A stretch of DNA of 64,000 nt from Tubiluchus corallicola (GCA_030141605.1 JAQGDQ010000003.1:310001-374000), one strand, 5' to 3'. Positions 14,101 to 29,100 are shown, counted from the first letter of the stretch. Made by a program: numbers and translations. The notes: generated by a model from the sequence alone, not told the origin.

Positions 14101-17100
14101 CCCAGAAAAGCATCTACATCAAAACATCATTCGTAAGTTTAAATGTCAGACTCAGTCACCTGCACAACTAAAAAGCATGCATCTAAGTGAGACTGGTGTT
14201 TGTTGTTCATTTAAAGAGAATATATACTTGAAAAAGTTGATACATAACACAATAACAGTGTACAGATAGCAAAAGATGCAGTGACAATGACAGTAATGGC
14301 AGCAGCTACAGTTTGAATGCAAGGCAAGCTTGCATGCAACTTAAAGTAAATCTAAATGCAATTCAAGCTGTGTGCAAAATGTGCAAGTTTATAAAGAAAG
14401 GAACCCGTTTTTTAATCACAGCTAATCAGTAGTAAATTTTGACAGCAAGTACCTACTAGGGTGTCACAGGACCCTTAAGTAAGTATTTTGTAAGGCATTA
14501 ATAACAGCAGCAGCAGAAGCCATAAGAGTCAATAGCAACCAGCAAGCAGCAACAATAATAGCAGCAGTAAAAACAATAAAGTAAAATTGTAAAGTAATAA
14601 TTATACTTAATTCACTTACAGTATGTATGTATTTCGCCTATAAAAATTTTTGTTTTACAAATACAAAACTGTAAATAAATACAAAGACAAAAACACGAAC
14701 TAAACTTTTATTTTTAACTTTATTTGTCCAGTATCATAGCTAACATGAAATAGATTAAACAGGATTTTTCTACATGCATTTTGCAAAACATAGCAAAACA
14801 TAAAACAAACTTGTTTACTTATATTGAAACTCACCAAAAATAATAATTATGTCTGTTAATATTTATATTGCTTTAATACAAACAGTTATGTGCTCATGTA
14901 ACCTAATGGTAGCAATCACATTCACTATAAGAATGATGGTAACTGCTTACTACTATAAGAATTTACTGCTGAGTACTAATAGATCTCTAGCCCCTATATT
15001 ACTTAACCGCTGTTAAAGCCCTAGGAGGAGAAAGAGTGCCAAACTTTCCAGAAAACTGACATTTGACTTTAAACGACAGACCTAGGTCACAGCCATTCTG
15101 TGACCGTGCGCTTCATACTGATAAAAATCCATTGCCAAACAGCTCAACATCTTTCAGTCTTCACAACACTGAAAGAAACTGCATGGTATTTTCATATTTG
15201 CAGCTTTTCTAAAAATAAAGTAAGTGCATCACGGAATTTACACATTCTGAAATTGAAGCCAAACAGAAACTTATAATAGTCTTGCACTTGCAATCCTCAG
15301 TAATTTCATTGTATGCCAACTAAGCTGATTTGCATGCATATGAAAAATTTCCAAATTTTCTGCAGTCATAATTTGATTAGCAAACAGAAAATTCAAATGT
15401 GGATGATGTAAACAAGAGCTTTTTAATTTTTCAAGTTGACAAGTCAAAAGAATTTTCTGACTAATACGACCTTCTTAGGCTTATTATTGATGAAATATTA
15501 ATTGCTTAACTGATTTATTAACTGGAATGAATATTTCAAGTTTGTATACTGGAAAAAATACAGTACCTCTTGTGAAAAATTAAAAACAAAAAACTGCCGC
15601 GATGTTAATTTGTAAACTCAAAAAGGAGAAATTTGCAATGCAACAGATTACTATTACTCACACATTCCTAGTACAAAAAGTTCGTATGCCACGCCATATA
15701 CTTCATATGTCACAGATTTCTCATACAAGTTAAATATTAATAAAAATTGGGCATTATAGGAGCACAAACCAACAATCTCAAACATAATTTTAATCTTCAG
15801 TAATAAAATATTTAATGAAAAATGGATTTCCAAATATGCAGACCTGACAATATCAAAATCATCAATTAAGTACAGAAAACACAACAGAGAAAAACGCTGT
15901 AGAAAAGCAACTATAGTTAAATACTCCACACGTAATTTTTTGCTTCTTTTTCCATTTTATAATTTCTAACACAATGACTAATGAAGAACAGAATTACACA
16001 GTACTGGGAAAACGACAAAAGAAAAAAAGACTAAAATCACTAAATGCACAAAAATTCACTAATAGTGCAGTACTAAAAGCACAAGTTGGGTAGTAGGGAT
16101 GTACAATAAAATGCATGATATAGGAAATTCTTGTTCAGTAATATTTTGTGTTTTTCTTTTTCTTTTTTCCAATGAAAAAATGTACAGTGGAATACTTGTA
16201 CATCTTGCTGTTTTATTTCATCATTGCAAGTTTTTTTATGTTATTATACGTCATCATATTTTTCATTACTTCACGAAATGTACTATCATAAATATTTAAC
16301 ATCACAGAATGACAAAACATACATCATCAAATGCATCTTACATTTAAAATGAAAGTTCTTAAAAAGGCTAGGTACATAAACAAACAGCAAATACAGCAGG
16401 ATGCAACATTAAAGAATGCAAGTTTGCAGGCTGCATCAGAATTCTTTCAGAAAATGTTTAGCTAAAGAAACAAATTTTTAATCAAGCTCCTTACTTAGCA
16501 GTTGTTTTAATGAACATACAATAATTTTTGCAGTAATGATATGGCGCTGCTTATCTACTCAGTTATTTCATCAGTTATGGGTCGCTTGCACAAACGGCGC
16601 ATTAAATAATCACGGAGGGTTTTATATTTCCAAAAATACATAAGAGGATTTGTTGTAGAATTAATACCAAGAGACATGTTTCGTATGAAACGAAGAGCAG
16701 AATAATGATTATACGGAGCTATACGTATTAGAAGTTTAAACAACGTATCAAAAAACATGCATATCAGCGTAGTTCCTACAATCACTATGACAATTTTAGC
16801 TGATTTCATTTTCGCTGTGAAGTTTTTACGTATTTCGCTTGTCTCTGCACAACCATCAGCAGGCAAAACTGTCTTTTGCATTGTCCAAGCGGCAACCATG
16901 ATCCTGATATAACAGAACATAACCAAAAAGGCGACGACCACATATAAACTAACATAAAACCAGATAAAATTATTGCTTGGCATTAAATCGTAGACACATG
17001 ATGTTCCAGGAGTCCATTTTTTGAAAGCCTGTATTGCAGCTGCAATTCCAATACAGAAGGTAAACATCCAGCCACCTGTGACAAGTTTTACTGTTCTTTC

Positions 17101-20100
17101 TGGTGTAACCCAGGCTGCGTATTGTAAAGGATAAACTATACATATATACCTGTCCACAGTAACCAATGCTATCGTGATCCAGGTAGCAGAAAAAAATGTC
17201 CACAAAGTGCCATTGATAAGAAGTGCACAATACAGTCTACCTGGCTCTGAATTCGGTAGAAAAGTCACAAGTCCACCAAAAACAGCTATAGCAAAATCAG
17301 ATGTGGCCAAACTGAGAAGAAAACGGTACTTGGACAAGTTTCTCAACTGCGGATAACTTATGATTGTAATGAAAACGAGACTATTTAGCAGTAGAATTAG
17401 TGCCATAAATATGCCCTTAGCCAATAGATATATGGCACCTTCGAGTCTCTCTGGTTCCAGTAATTGAGCAACTGTTGAATTGTCTAGTTCTTCAGAAAAA
17501 CTTGAATTATGCAACATGGCAGCTGATATAATACTGACAAATTCGTGAAGTGCTTGTTTCTAAAGAGTTATCTTTTCTAGTAAGTTGCGCTTGCTCACAC
17601 ACTTACTGATTTACAAGAAAATAATTTAATATGAGGTAATTTAATATAGCCTACTTACTATGCCGAAACCTAAAGCTGTTCGGCTTCCCATTTGCATTAT
17701 CTTTAAAACACGATTTATCAGTCTCAATGCGATTAAATTAGCACTAATTTTCATCCAGAACAAACAAAATGGAAAAGAATCAGAAAAATGAAGTGTTAAA
17801 ACCATATCTGCTAGGTTCTATTTTGAAAAAAAAAACAGTAAGATTAACTACTTCGCAATGTGGTTGATTGATTTAAGAATTTTACTACTAATTGCCAGGG
17901 GCTATTAACCAATAGGCTAACTAGGCTGTATAAGGTACAAGGTACTATATAAATATATGTAATTAACAATGATCACACAGGTACTATGCAATAGTGATAG
18001 TCATACACCATATTAGTGATGAGCTATACTGTCGATTTCAAGTTATCACAATTACAGATTACTTTCAGTCAGTAATCGAATACTGAGATCACGTGTCAGC
18101 ATCTGGCTTGGCGGGGGCGTCTATATAGATCTGCACTCCCATCACCCAGAAATGCTATGAAAATTAGTTGCAAAAAGTCCTGTAGTTATGAACTTAATTT
18201 GATGAAAGAAAATTTTATTAAAAACCGTGAATAACACTTGCTTAACATTTATTTTCTGTGATATCGAAAGCAGGCTTAGCCAGTTGTATTATTTTATATT
18301 GCATCAAGTTGTTTATTTATCAGACGTCACGCCACCTGCAGACAGCGGTCACTGAATACAGTTCAAACTGCATTTTATCCCTGCACAGCAGCAGGTCGCG
18401 TAAACAATACATGCGTGCTAATTGCAAAAGTCACTCTCTGAAGGAAGAGTTATACTATGCTTTGTGTTTCAGAGTCTTTAGTGTTTACGTATGCAATTTT
18501 GCCATGTAAAAATTATTTCAAACTCACTTTTTCATTTTTTCATGTTGCAAATTATGGTACATTCTGATTGTAATAAATTGTAAATTATTGTAGACAGAAA
18601 AGTAATCATTTAGTACTCGATTACTTAGCAAAGTAATCAATACCAGGCAAGTAACTGAAGCAAGTAATCGCTTCCTCCCACCACTATGCCTCATGTAATT
18701 GTATATTCGGCTTGACATATAAGCAACCATAAATCCATAACAGAGATGGGACAGAAATATTGGCCTAAGGAAGCCTAACGTCTTGACACGCCCTGACGAT
18801 TGCTTCTTCCAACTAGAAACAACAGAACAACGAAGTTATGAATGTTAAAAACTCCTTGATTTTTTATCAATATTTCGAAATCTCACATCTTCAGCAAAAA
18901 TTGAGTAAGAAGCATTAGCTGGAAGCTTTGCTTTCCTCATAAGAAAACTTGAAGGTAATTTAAATAAGAAAACAAATAGCTCCTACAAATATCAGCCCAG
19001 TATGGTCGTGTTGATGTTAGTCACGATTCCATTATATGTGTCGTAATTCACAGTTTTGCACTCTCCATAATGATGGCTTAGCATTTAGGCACTGTAACAT
19101 ACAATTATGCTTAGCTTGTGGCTTTTTATCATTTTTCATCAACAATTTGCCAAGATTTTAATAACTTAACTACTTTAAATCCATCGATAATTTACAATAA
19201 CTGAAACTTTATAGTTTTACCTATAAATGCGTGTGTTTGCATTAAATTGCACGATTGCACAGAAACCTATCTCAACTACTATAATTGTAAACATAACATC
19301 TAGTTGGGATAATAAATTTAATTTTTCAAATTTGTAGTGGTAAATTTTCATGTTTTTTTCAGTAATTTCATCATGCTGATCATAAATTTGTTGTTTGGTT
19401 ATTTCTGGTCAGAAGAAGCAGTTGTCAGTAAAATTTGTATATTTGTAGTCTTAGTCAGTCTATGCTAGTTACTGGTTACTAGAACGACCTAGGTCCTAGG
19501 AGGTTACAGTAAATTTCAGTGCAATCAATCAACCAGTCAGTCAATCTCTCAGCCAGTCAGTAGCCACTGAGACAAAACAATCCTTGGGCAAAATCTGAAT
19601 GTCATGTTCAAACAGCAGTGGCCAAGTAAGAGCAGCAACAAGAGCAAAAGCAAAGAAAGGGTCGAATCAACAACTGATCAGTTAAATTGATCAACTGTTA
19701 CCCATTCTCCAAGAGCACAGAAATTATGGACCAAGTAAGTGTACAGTGAGCTTTGAGAGAAAGAACCAATGTAGGACAAAAGGACTATCATCTAAAATGT
19801 TTGCTCTCATCTAGACTAGCATTTAAAATTTAAAAAGAAATATAACCGAAAGCATAGTGACAAGTTGACTAGTTTAATTTGCAGTGAATAAACAGTAACT
19901 CATTTAAAAATGTGTTTTTCTTCTAGTACTCTAATACATTGTTGTTTTCTAACTGTAAGATAATTTACATGTTTTGTGAATTAAAATTCCAGTGTAGTGA
20001 AAATAAGTGTGTGATGTACTAGTTGCATTTTTATTACATTACTAGTTATGTTATGAGTTGGAGTTGGTTATAAAATCATGGTGAACACACGGAGATGCAT

Positions 20101-23100
20101 TTGCGACATTACACCTTTTTTATTGTCATTGAACAAAAAAAAATAACAAAAACAAAACATCGGAGCTGTCATCCTGAGCAGGTGACATTACTTTCACCGC
20201 TATAGCAACTAACTAACTAGGTCAAAATCAAGTTACAGAATACAGGTGAGAAGCCAACCTGGCGCATAAATTAGAATCGGCAGGCGGGTCATAACAGTTA
20301 ACTTTGACATACCATCAATTAATTACTCAATAAGTTACTTGTTATAACTTTTATAGCTGACAACAGAATTTCCAGCTTCCGTCACATTGCTGCCAGTAGC
20401 AATGACTTGACTTAAAGTATCCTTCACTCTTACTGGTTATTCATAAAAAGCTGATACCTTGTAAGAGAAAGACACTTGAAAGTTTCTGTTAACATTTACT
20501 CAAGCAAATAATCTAATTTTACCTGTTAATTAGCAAGCATCTATAATTAACATAATACATTAGCTGTGACCTTACCTGTTTTGCAACATTATCATCTCAT
20601 TCCAATCTGAAGGATATACACTCTTGTTTACCAAGTCTTTAAAAACCAGTAGTATTTCCATGAGGAAGTCCAGCAAGTCTGTATGGTTTGTGAAGTGCGA
20701 AATATACTCATTGTAATGATACTCGTCCATCTGCCGTAGCATAGCAATCATTACCGCAGCTACATTAGCCTATGAGCATAGGAAATCAAGATAAAATGTG
20801 CACAATTTATGCAAATTGCAAGTTATGTAACAATTTTGCATTGCTGCACAGATAATGTACCACAAGCAAGACTTATATTAGGCAACGTATGCACAAATGC
20901 ACACAAGTGATTTCCCATTATTATCATTGTGTCCAGGGTTAGTGTGCATACAGTCTAATGCACACCCTTGGGTTAACAGTAAATAACAACAAAAGAACGT
21001 CATACTGGTGAGCGTTTAACCGGTTGCATGCCTTCTCTCTTTTGGCAACCACCATGAAAATCCCATGATTTGTAATTGTTGTTTAAACTATAACCTTACG
21101 CAGATTTTGAACACCTGTGACAGCACTGCTAGTAAAAACTGCCAACTAGGCTTGAATTGTTTTCTATTTTTTGTCACAGTGAAAACACCTGATAAAAAAA
21201 TTTATATGCTTAGATAGAGAATTTTACAGACTTTCTAACATGATAAATTTTGCTTGCAGTTGTCGCTAAAACTAAAAGTGCACACTAGACCAGATACGGC
21301 GGCTGGTGGATAATAGGCAAGTTTTGTAGATTGTTTCAACTACAGTTCTATTAATAATAACTAGCAACATTTGATATTTACACACAGTATAACCAAGAAT
21401 TACGCCTTCAAAACCCTAGTAAATTACATGCCTAAATGAATATTCTAAAAGTGGTAATTGGAGGTCAATGTTTAGGTGCAAATTATCACCACACATGCCA
21501 TATTGTTTTATTATCATTATTATGTGCTTTATGACTTTACTTTGCTCAATAGCGATTTGCAAGAAATAGTCCGTAAAATGCGTAAATGGCATCTTTAAGC
21601 AACTTTCTCGTATTTTCAAAAGCTCTTATGGCATATTTTGATATAGGAGTTTCGCATTCAACAAGATTATGAATTTTAGACATTCTAATGCCCAAAAAAA
21701 CTTTCACCATATTTTAAACTGACATTACCTTGATGACTTTTTATCAAAAGTGAAATATGAATGATATTCTGATTCTCACAGGAAGCCAGAAACATTAATC
21801 AGTCGTGCATGAGGATAAAAACTTTACAATTTCACTTTGTCAGCAAATACTAACAAACTTACGGTTAACGGATGACCAGTATCCGGGTGTCCAGTTTCAA
21901 GATATATGACAGTCTGTATGATAGTTCTCAGAAGGTGTGTCATTATGTAGCTAATGTCGTCATGTGTTGGGCCCTACAAACAGTAATAAATTTGAGTAAA
22001 TAATAAATATTCCACTAAATTTAGGCACTTAATATAAACAATGCTGATGACACAGGATAATGGTGACAGACTGCTAACAGTTATTTTCATTTGTAGTCAC
22101 AGTATTCAGCTTATTGGCAGATAGAGATAAAACTCGTTTTATATATAATAATTTGTTTTCGTTTCTTTTTCTGGAAGGTTAGTACAGTGCAAAAATCAAA
22201 GCTTACTCAGACTTTTAACAGCTAGAATAGATCAGACTACAGATAACCAGGCGAAGACAGTTTGAGAAGCCCACAATAATTTTTCACAACATTCCAGGGT
22301 AATTTACAGTATTTAGTAAGACGTATTAAAGAAGCTTTGACAAGAAACAGATACTTATTAATACATAGCAAAGAGAATATCTCATTACACTGTATAGCTA
22401 CTTACTATATCTCGACAATAAGTAACTTGCAAAATGTCGCCGATAATCCGTACGCAAACATCAAGTTCATCCTTAGTTTCCAGCAGTATCCTCAAGTGAT
22501 AACTCATCATAGGAAGCAAAATTGCTCTACATTCTGGAACACGTAAACAAGGAAACGTGCATGACATTGCACTAAGGTCAACAATATTAAGAAGACCTTT
22601 CTGGGAAATCTTAATAAATGAATAATTCTAGATACACACAAATAACACAAGTAACGGAAACTGCCATAACACACATTAACATTTACCAGGAATTTTAAAC
22701 AAATCACTGTGCACGATGTCATTCACACATAACATCTTCTGCCGTTTCAGTCGATCCGGTGGAACATTGTTGATTAGCTGTACCAACAGACGACTGAGAT
22801 CCTCGGCTTCAAAAACCAACAACACATCTGGTATCACGCTACATATGTACTTCAGTGCTGCCCCCTGCGAAAATAATGGCACCAATTTGTACATTGTATA
22901 CAAGTGGAAGCAATTCGGCATACATTTAAAAATGAAGAAAGAAAATTAAAACACGTTTCAGGTAAGTGTTACAAAAATAAAATAATTTAGTAATAATGAT
23001 GATGAGAAATATGACGGTGATAAAAATTATGATGTTAATGAATATTACATTGTGATACCACTACTCATAATTACAAACGACTGCTAACTGAAACTAAACT

Positions 23101-26100
23101 GTTACTATACTAAACGTATTGCTATTTAATTGATGTTGTCACACTTAATAAGGTAAACATATATATGAATGATTATTATTTATTCATGTGCTTTACACAA
23201 CTATATGTATTAAGTGAAAATAAATATATCTAGTGTGAATTAAAGACAATTTAGTATAGCAATAGTAAAATCACGGTAACTGATACCTATTTAGTGTTAA
23301 TTTATTGTTAATTTACTACTTAATCCACTAATAATTATCCCAACCACCTAAGTAAGTAACTTGTAATTAAATGCAATAATTATAAATTAGCAACAAAATA
23401 CCACTTAAACAGAAACAGAATAATAACATGCATCGTGGTCACTGACACAGGATATCCCTAGCAAGGCAACTAAAATCTTAATTCTCTGGTGGAAATGAGA
23501 AAATCTAGTTAACGTGAGATAATACATATCTGAAGCACAAACTAGTATTTTGGTAAAATCAGTTCTCAAACATAAAATGCAACTGAAGGCCCAAAACATA
23601 AGGGCATATACTATAGAGGACTTACAATCCTCTAATAGATCTTAATAGTTGAAGCTGTTTGTCGGCAACCACGTTGAAAATAATCATGCAAACCTATTAA
23701 TGTAATGAGAGGCATCCATTGGCTATCAAAACTATGATCAATTTAAAGCCAATGGTTTTAGTTTAGACTTTTAGACCAATACCGAACATATTTTTGATAG
23801 CAAAGGATAAAAGCTGCATGTTAAACTCACCGCCACGGCTTCCTAAAAGTGCAAATAAGGAAAAAAATAATTATTACATGTGCGCACTAGATATCGTCTC
23901 ATTAATTGGCAAATAAACTAAATATATTAAACATCTTTTTCAAAATGAGACCAGGATAATTAAATTAGGTGTATATGGAATCACCTCTCGTTCACATGTA
24001 AAAAACTTGAATAAGCTTAGTTAATGGTCTCCAAGATTGGATTTCCTTGTCTTAGCTACTTCTTAAAGCTTGAAGGACAACTTTTTAGTTTTTTTTGCTA
24101 GACCTGTTTAAGAATTTAAATTCAAGCAGGAAAAGGCTGCAATTAAAGATCATGTCCATAAATTGCTGATATCTGCAGTGCTTATTATAATCAAATTTGA
24201 AGCCAAAAAAGCATTATAAAAGCATTATATCTAGGCTAGGTATAATGCTTTTTGGCTTCAAATTATTAATGAAATAATGAAATAATTCAAATAATGAAAG
24301 CACTTTAGCTTCCTAACATTGAATTTAGTCAGGCTGTAATTGAATTCTGTAAACCTAAACTTCGTAATGCTGAATGCCGAAACCTAAACCATAAGTACCA
24401 GCATCACAACATACCAATACATAAAATGATATTCAAAATGCCACACAGCTTTTTAAATTTTACTTCTACATTATTACAGTATATATCTCCTAGCAGAAAC
24501 AATTATTATTAGTGAAAATGATTATCATTCATCGTTATGTATGCATTGGGTAGTAATATACAGCAAATGACTTTGATGAACTGTTACTGTGAGTACTGGA
24601 TTTCAACATCATTGCCATTTCTCTTTACCTTCAATATTATCTTGTAAATGTTTGCAAAATAATTATGAAGATAAAAAGAACTTTTGTTTAGATTTTGTTT
24701 GCACTTTTGTTAACATGTTTATTTTATTATATTTTCATATAATACCTTGACCAAAATCTGAGAAAACATTTTTAGCCAGGGCACCTACAGCTGTTTTCCT
24801 ATTAACTACAGTCTCACTCCGTTCAAAAAGACCATTAAAGGAAAAGTCAAGCCTTCTGGGAAGATTGACTTATTTCAATGTTTGCAAAAATGTTTGAACG
24901 ATTTAGTAATAAAAGCACCTTGCGTAATTAGTAAAATCACTTTAAAGTCCGGATTATTTCATATTTGGACGCTCCCATTTTGAACTCCCATTCTTCCACC
25001 AAATAATGTCATTTGTCGACTAAAGAAAAGCAGCGCACAGTCAACTTCCATCAAAAGTATAATAAGTTTTTACAATAAATTAGATAGCTAATTTTGTGAT
25101 ATTTTTGCATGAAAGTTAGGTAAGTTGCAGAAGTTAAAATTAGTTTAAGTAGTGCATTGTTGCAAAAAATCATGATGCACTTACAAAAAGTTACGTGATA
25201 CTTTTCAAGAGAATAATGGTTACCACCAACCATGAAAATTTCTATTCAGTGGTAGTATAAAATAATTTTATGCTATATAGATAGCAAATGCCTAAGTTTA
25301 AGGGATAACAATAAAATAAACACAAGATGCGAAGTTATTTGCCCTTTCCTATAACAGACATATGCTATTGCCAATTAACTAATTCAATCCTCGTACAACT
25401 AGGTAATTGTTACAAGAATTCTTTTTCGGGATCTGCACCATTCTAAATATATTCATATTTGCATTTCTCCACTGTAGCTCTTTACCTTCATTTGCCACTG
25501 GCTTTTTTGGGGCCAATTTGATTATATATATAAAAACGGCCCCTAGTACATTATTATATGAGTAGCAAATATCTTTCTGTATTGTGATTTTTACAATACA
25601 TTACCTGTACTGTAAGCATTGGATCCTGGGTGTAAAGCATCATGGCGCTGATAGAGTGGAATACAGATGACAACATTGCATTGAAAGGCCCTTGTCCTTT
25701 TGAACTATTTAACCTACACAAAAGAAAGAACAGAAAAAGTTTTGAATACAAATTGCAAAACAAATCATCAGGAATTTCTTTCCTCCAATTTGAAAATAAA
25801 GAGAGCGTGCATTACTGAGTAATGGTAGCTTTACAGATTTTGTAAGATACGTCTGTTTTTAAAAATTTTTAAACAGCGAAAAATATAGTTTAGAAACGTG
25901 CAATGCAACTCTACAAATATGTATATTCAGCAACTGAAACAGGAAACAAAACAATCAGAAGACAAAGTTCAGTAAGCCTAGCGCAAGGCACAAGACTTGC
26001 AAATACATTTGTTAACCTATAGTAATTGTCATCAGTAGGTAATGAAAAGCTAATATTGTTCAACAGTTTATACCTTTCTTAAGACTTTTCCTTGGTTTTT

Positions 26101-29100
26101 CTATTATTATTTAAGGGTATATAACTTACTCATTGCTACTGTAACGAAATTCTTCAGCTGCTTTTACTTACGCAGAAAACAGGAGTCGAGAGCGAACAAT
26201 GAACTTAAAGATGAACTCCAATGATTTCATGACTTTCAACAACATGTCCACATTTTGTCTTTCATTAACATTCTCCACCAGATCCTTCAGTACAACCATT
26301 AGCTTACTGTGGAAAACATTTATAATAAAACAATTTATGCTATCTACAGCAGCCGTAAAGAAATTCAGTAATGACTCCGCCATAATTTTTTTTTAAGTTC
26401 AAGAGTTTATTCATATCAATTCATTTCAATTTATTAATAATATTAAATACATGTCAATGGAGCACATTTTTGGCTTATAATAAAAATAATTTGTAGACTT
26501 ATCGGTTTTGATTGCCTTTACTAGTTAGATATTTCTTTCTGCAGTGGTAAAATAAATCTTAAATAGTCAGACAAAAAACACGTATGCACGGACACACACA
26601 TACAACAATTACATATTTACTTTGAAGATCAGATTATGTACGACATGATTTAATTTAAAGTTCATGACTGCAACTGATAACAAATGGTAACACATTTTTC
26701 CTAGCATGGCAAAAAAGATTATTTGAGGCTGTGATGTAGTGACATCTTTGCAAATGTGATTTTAATTGACAAAATAAAATCTTATTTTGAAAATGTAGTC
26801 CATACAATTATTAAAAAGTACAATATAATTTATCAGTGTAAAGGTGCAAGCTATCTATTTGTTACTCTACGATAACACTGATTTCTGAAAAAAAGTTATT
26901 TACAGACTAGAAATTTAACACTGCCACAAATCATCATCATTAAGTCTCATGCCACAATGGTATAAAGGCAGCAACTCACACATCAGCATGACAACCTTAC
27001 AATTATAATGAATGTGAACAAATAGGTAGAACTAGTTTATTTTCTTTTTGTTGCTTTTAAAGACATTTTAATAAATTAAGCTAGCCCAATGTGGTAAACA
27101 CTTACTTATAAGCTAATGTTGCACTAAAGTTTTCTGTAATGTAAGAACTCAACACCGGCTTGAAATGCTGATATTTTCTATCGGATATCAAACTTATCAC
27201 AAAAACCTAAAATGTAATAATATTATTATTGAACAGCAACAGCTCATTTAACACACACAACACAATATATTTTAAATTATAATACGCCAGTAATTACTAT
27301 TAACAAAGATTTAATATTTTGGCATCACAAAAGTCTTATAACCACAGCCAAATAATAATTATTTAAAAAAAGATAGATTAATTATTCAGTCACTCATTGG
27401 TGTTTTTATCCACCCCTAAGAAGATTAAAAAAGGTAATTAAGAATTCAATAAGCTGCTATTGGAGCCATAGGACAAACAAGAGTCAATAGCACAAGATTA
27501 TTTTATGTGATGAACTAAAACTAACTTGTCAGTCCATTAAAAAATAATTTAATCTTTAGTGACATAAGCAAGTTTTAGATTAGAAATTATTCCCAACACT
27601 TCTATATAGTAACAAATACTATTTGTTGCTTTTACTTTTTAGTATCGAAATTAATTATGAATGCACTTCATAGGTGGCAGCACATGAATAAAGAAATTAC
27701 TAAAATTTATCTTTAAAGAAAATCTTTTTAATAAATTATTGTCCACAAAAAACTTATTGCAAGATAACATAACACACAAAGCAGTAATTCAAGTAATTAT
27801 AATACTTTTCAAGGAAAGGTCTACCTGATAAAATCATAAAAATAAGACCTAACACACCACAAAAATATTTATTAGCTGAAAGACTATAATAGGGTATATA
27901 AGAGAGATAGGTAAGTGACAAAAATGCCCGGATGAACTTCACTGGTGTGGGGTGCAGGCTTCAAACCTGTAGCCGATTAGTCTCGGAGTGGTTCGATTCC
28001 ACCTTCCGGGCGATTTTTACAGTTGGCAAGGGCATGTGTTTAGCTGGCAGGGGCTCACCAGCTTAACTAGAACAAAATGGACAACAGAGAGGGGTCGTTT
28101 TACTTTTCTCCTACAGCTAAAAATGATAGGTTTACCAAAATCAATGCCAGCACGGACACTCTAGTATTTTTATTAGACTGGTTTAGGTACTATTGTATAA
28201 TATTTTTCCACAGTTTCTTAGTAAAATAAACCAGTGCATGTGCACGACAATACCAAGTTTGCTTTTAGCAATGGTAGTAGCGCAGGTATTTTGAAAGTTT
28301 CGATGTACAACAGAAAGATGTAGAACATTCAATTGTAAGGTTTCGATTCACAAAAGAAGGATGTAGAACATTCAATTGTTAATTTTCAAGGTTTTGATTC
28401 ACAAAAGAAGGATGTAGAACATTCAATTTTTAAAAACCTGTTTTCAAAGTTTCAGGCTAATGGCGTACAAATGCAATGCACCTTTCAGGTAAGTGGCATA
28501 CAAATGCATCTATCTACTGCATAATAATCTTAATGATGACGCTCAAAACAGAATTACACACATGCAATCTGCCATGACTTTGGTTTCACTCAATTTGTGT
28601 CACCCAGGTTAAGCAAAAAAAGACAGAACATGAACTGAAAATGTTGCCTAAAAGGTTTATACTTACAAGTGCATCAAACACCAGGTTATCATAGAGATCC
28701 GAATCAGAATTATGCATCAAAATGTTGAACAAGGCATCAAGTGTATCTTGCAGAAACTAAAAACAAACACATGAAAAAACTCAGATTACCAGTAATTCAG
28801 ACTTTATTTATGACCATGCTTCAATTTCCAAAAATAAATCAGTGATGATTTTCTTTAAATTTGAATATTTGTTTCCTGCAAAAAAAGATTATTGCTTGAC
28901 AATTAACATGCGATTACCTTGACAATTTCTTCTCCATCGACATTGACCAGTGACAGCAAGCTTTCTTTTAGACTGTCTGGATTTGCTCGCCACTTCAGCA
29001 ACCCCAGTAAATCAACTAAAAAAATTTAAAAAGATAAAATATATATATTTTATCTTTTTAAAACAACTCTACTTTGATTTCGTAACTAATTCTGACAAAA

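Noticed and set aside
18014-18686. Possible old hAT-like element with GTAATC/GATTAC repeats and promoter-like motifs upstream of the GPCR
   Set aside because: Termini are degenerate, there is no TSD, and the TATA-to-initiator spacing does not fit.
17517-20576. In-frame DOCK1-GPCR fusion
   Set aside because: Joining exon 25 to the acceptor at 17522 is out of frame with the GPCR and stops after five codons.
28312-28428. CRISPR-like spaced repeats
   Set aside because: The intervening sequences are themselves duplicated, the context is eukaryotic and there are no cas genes.
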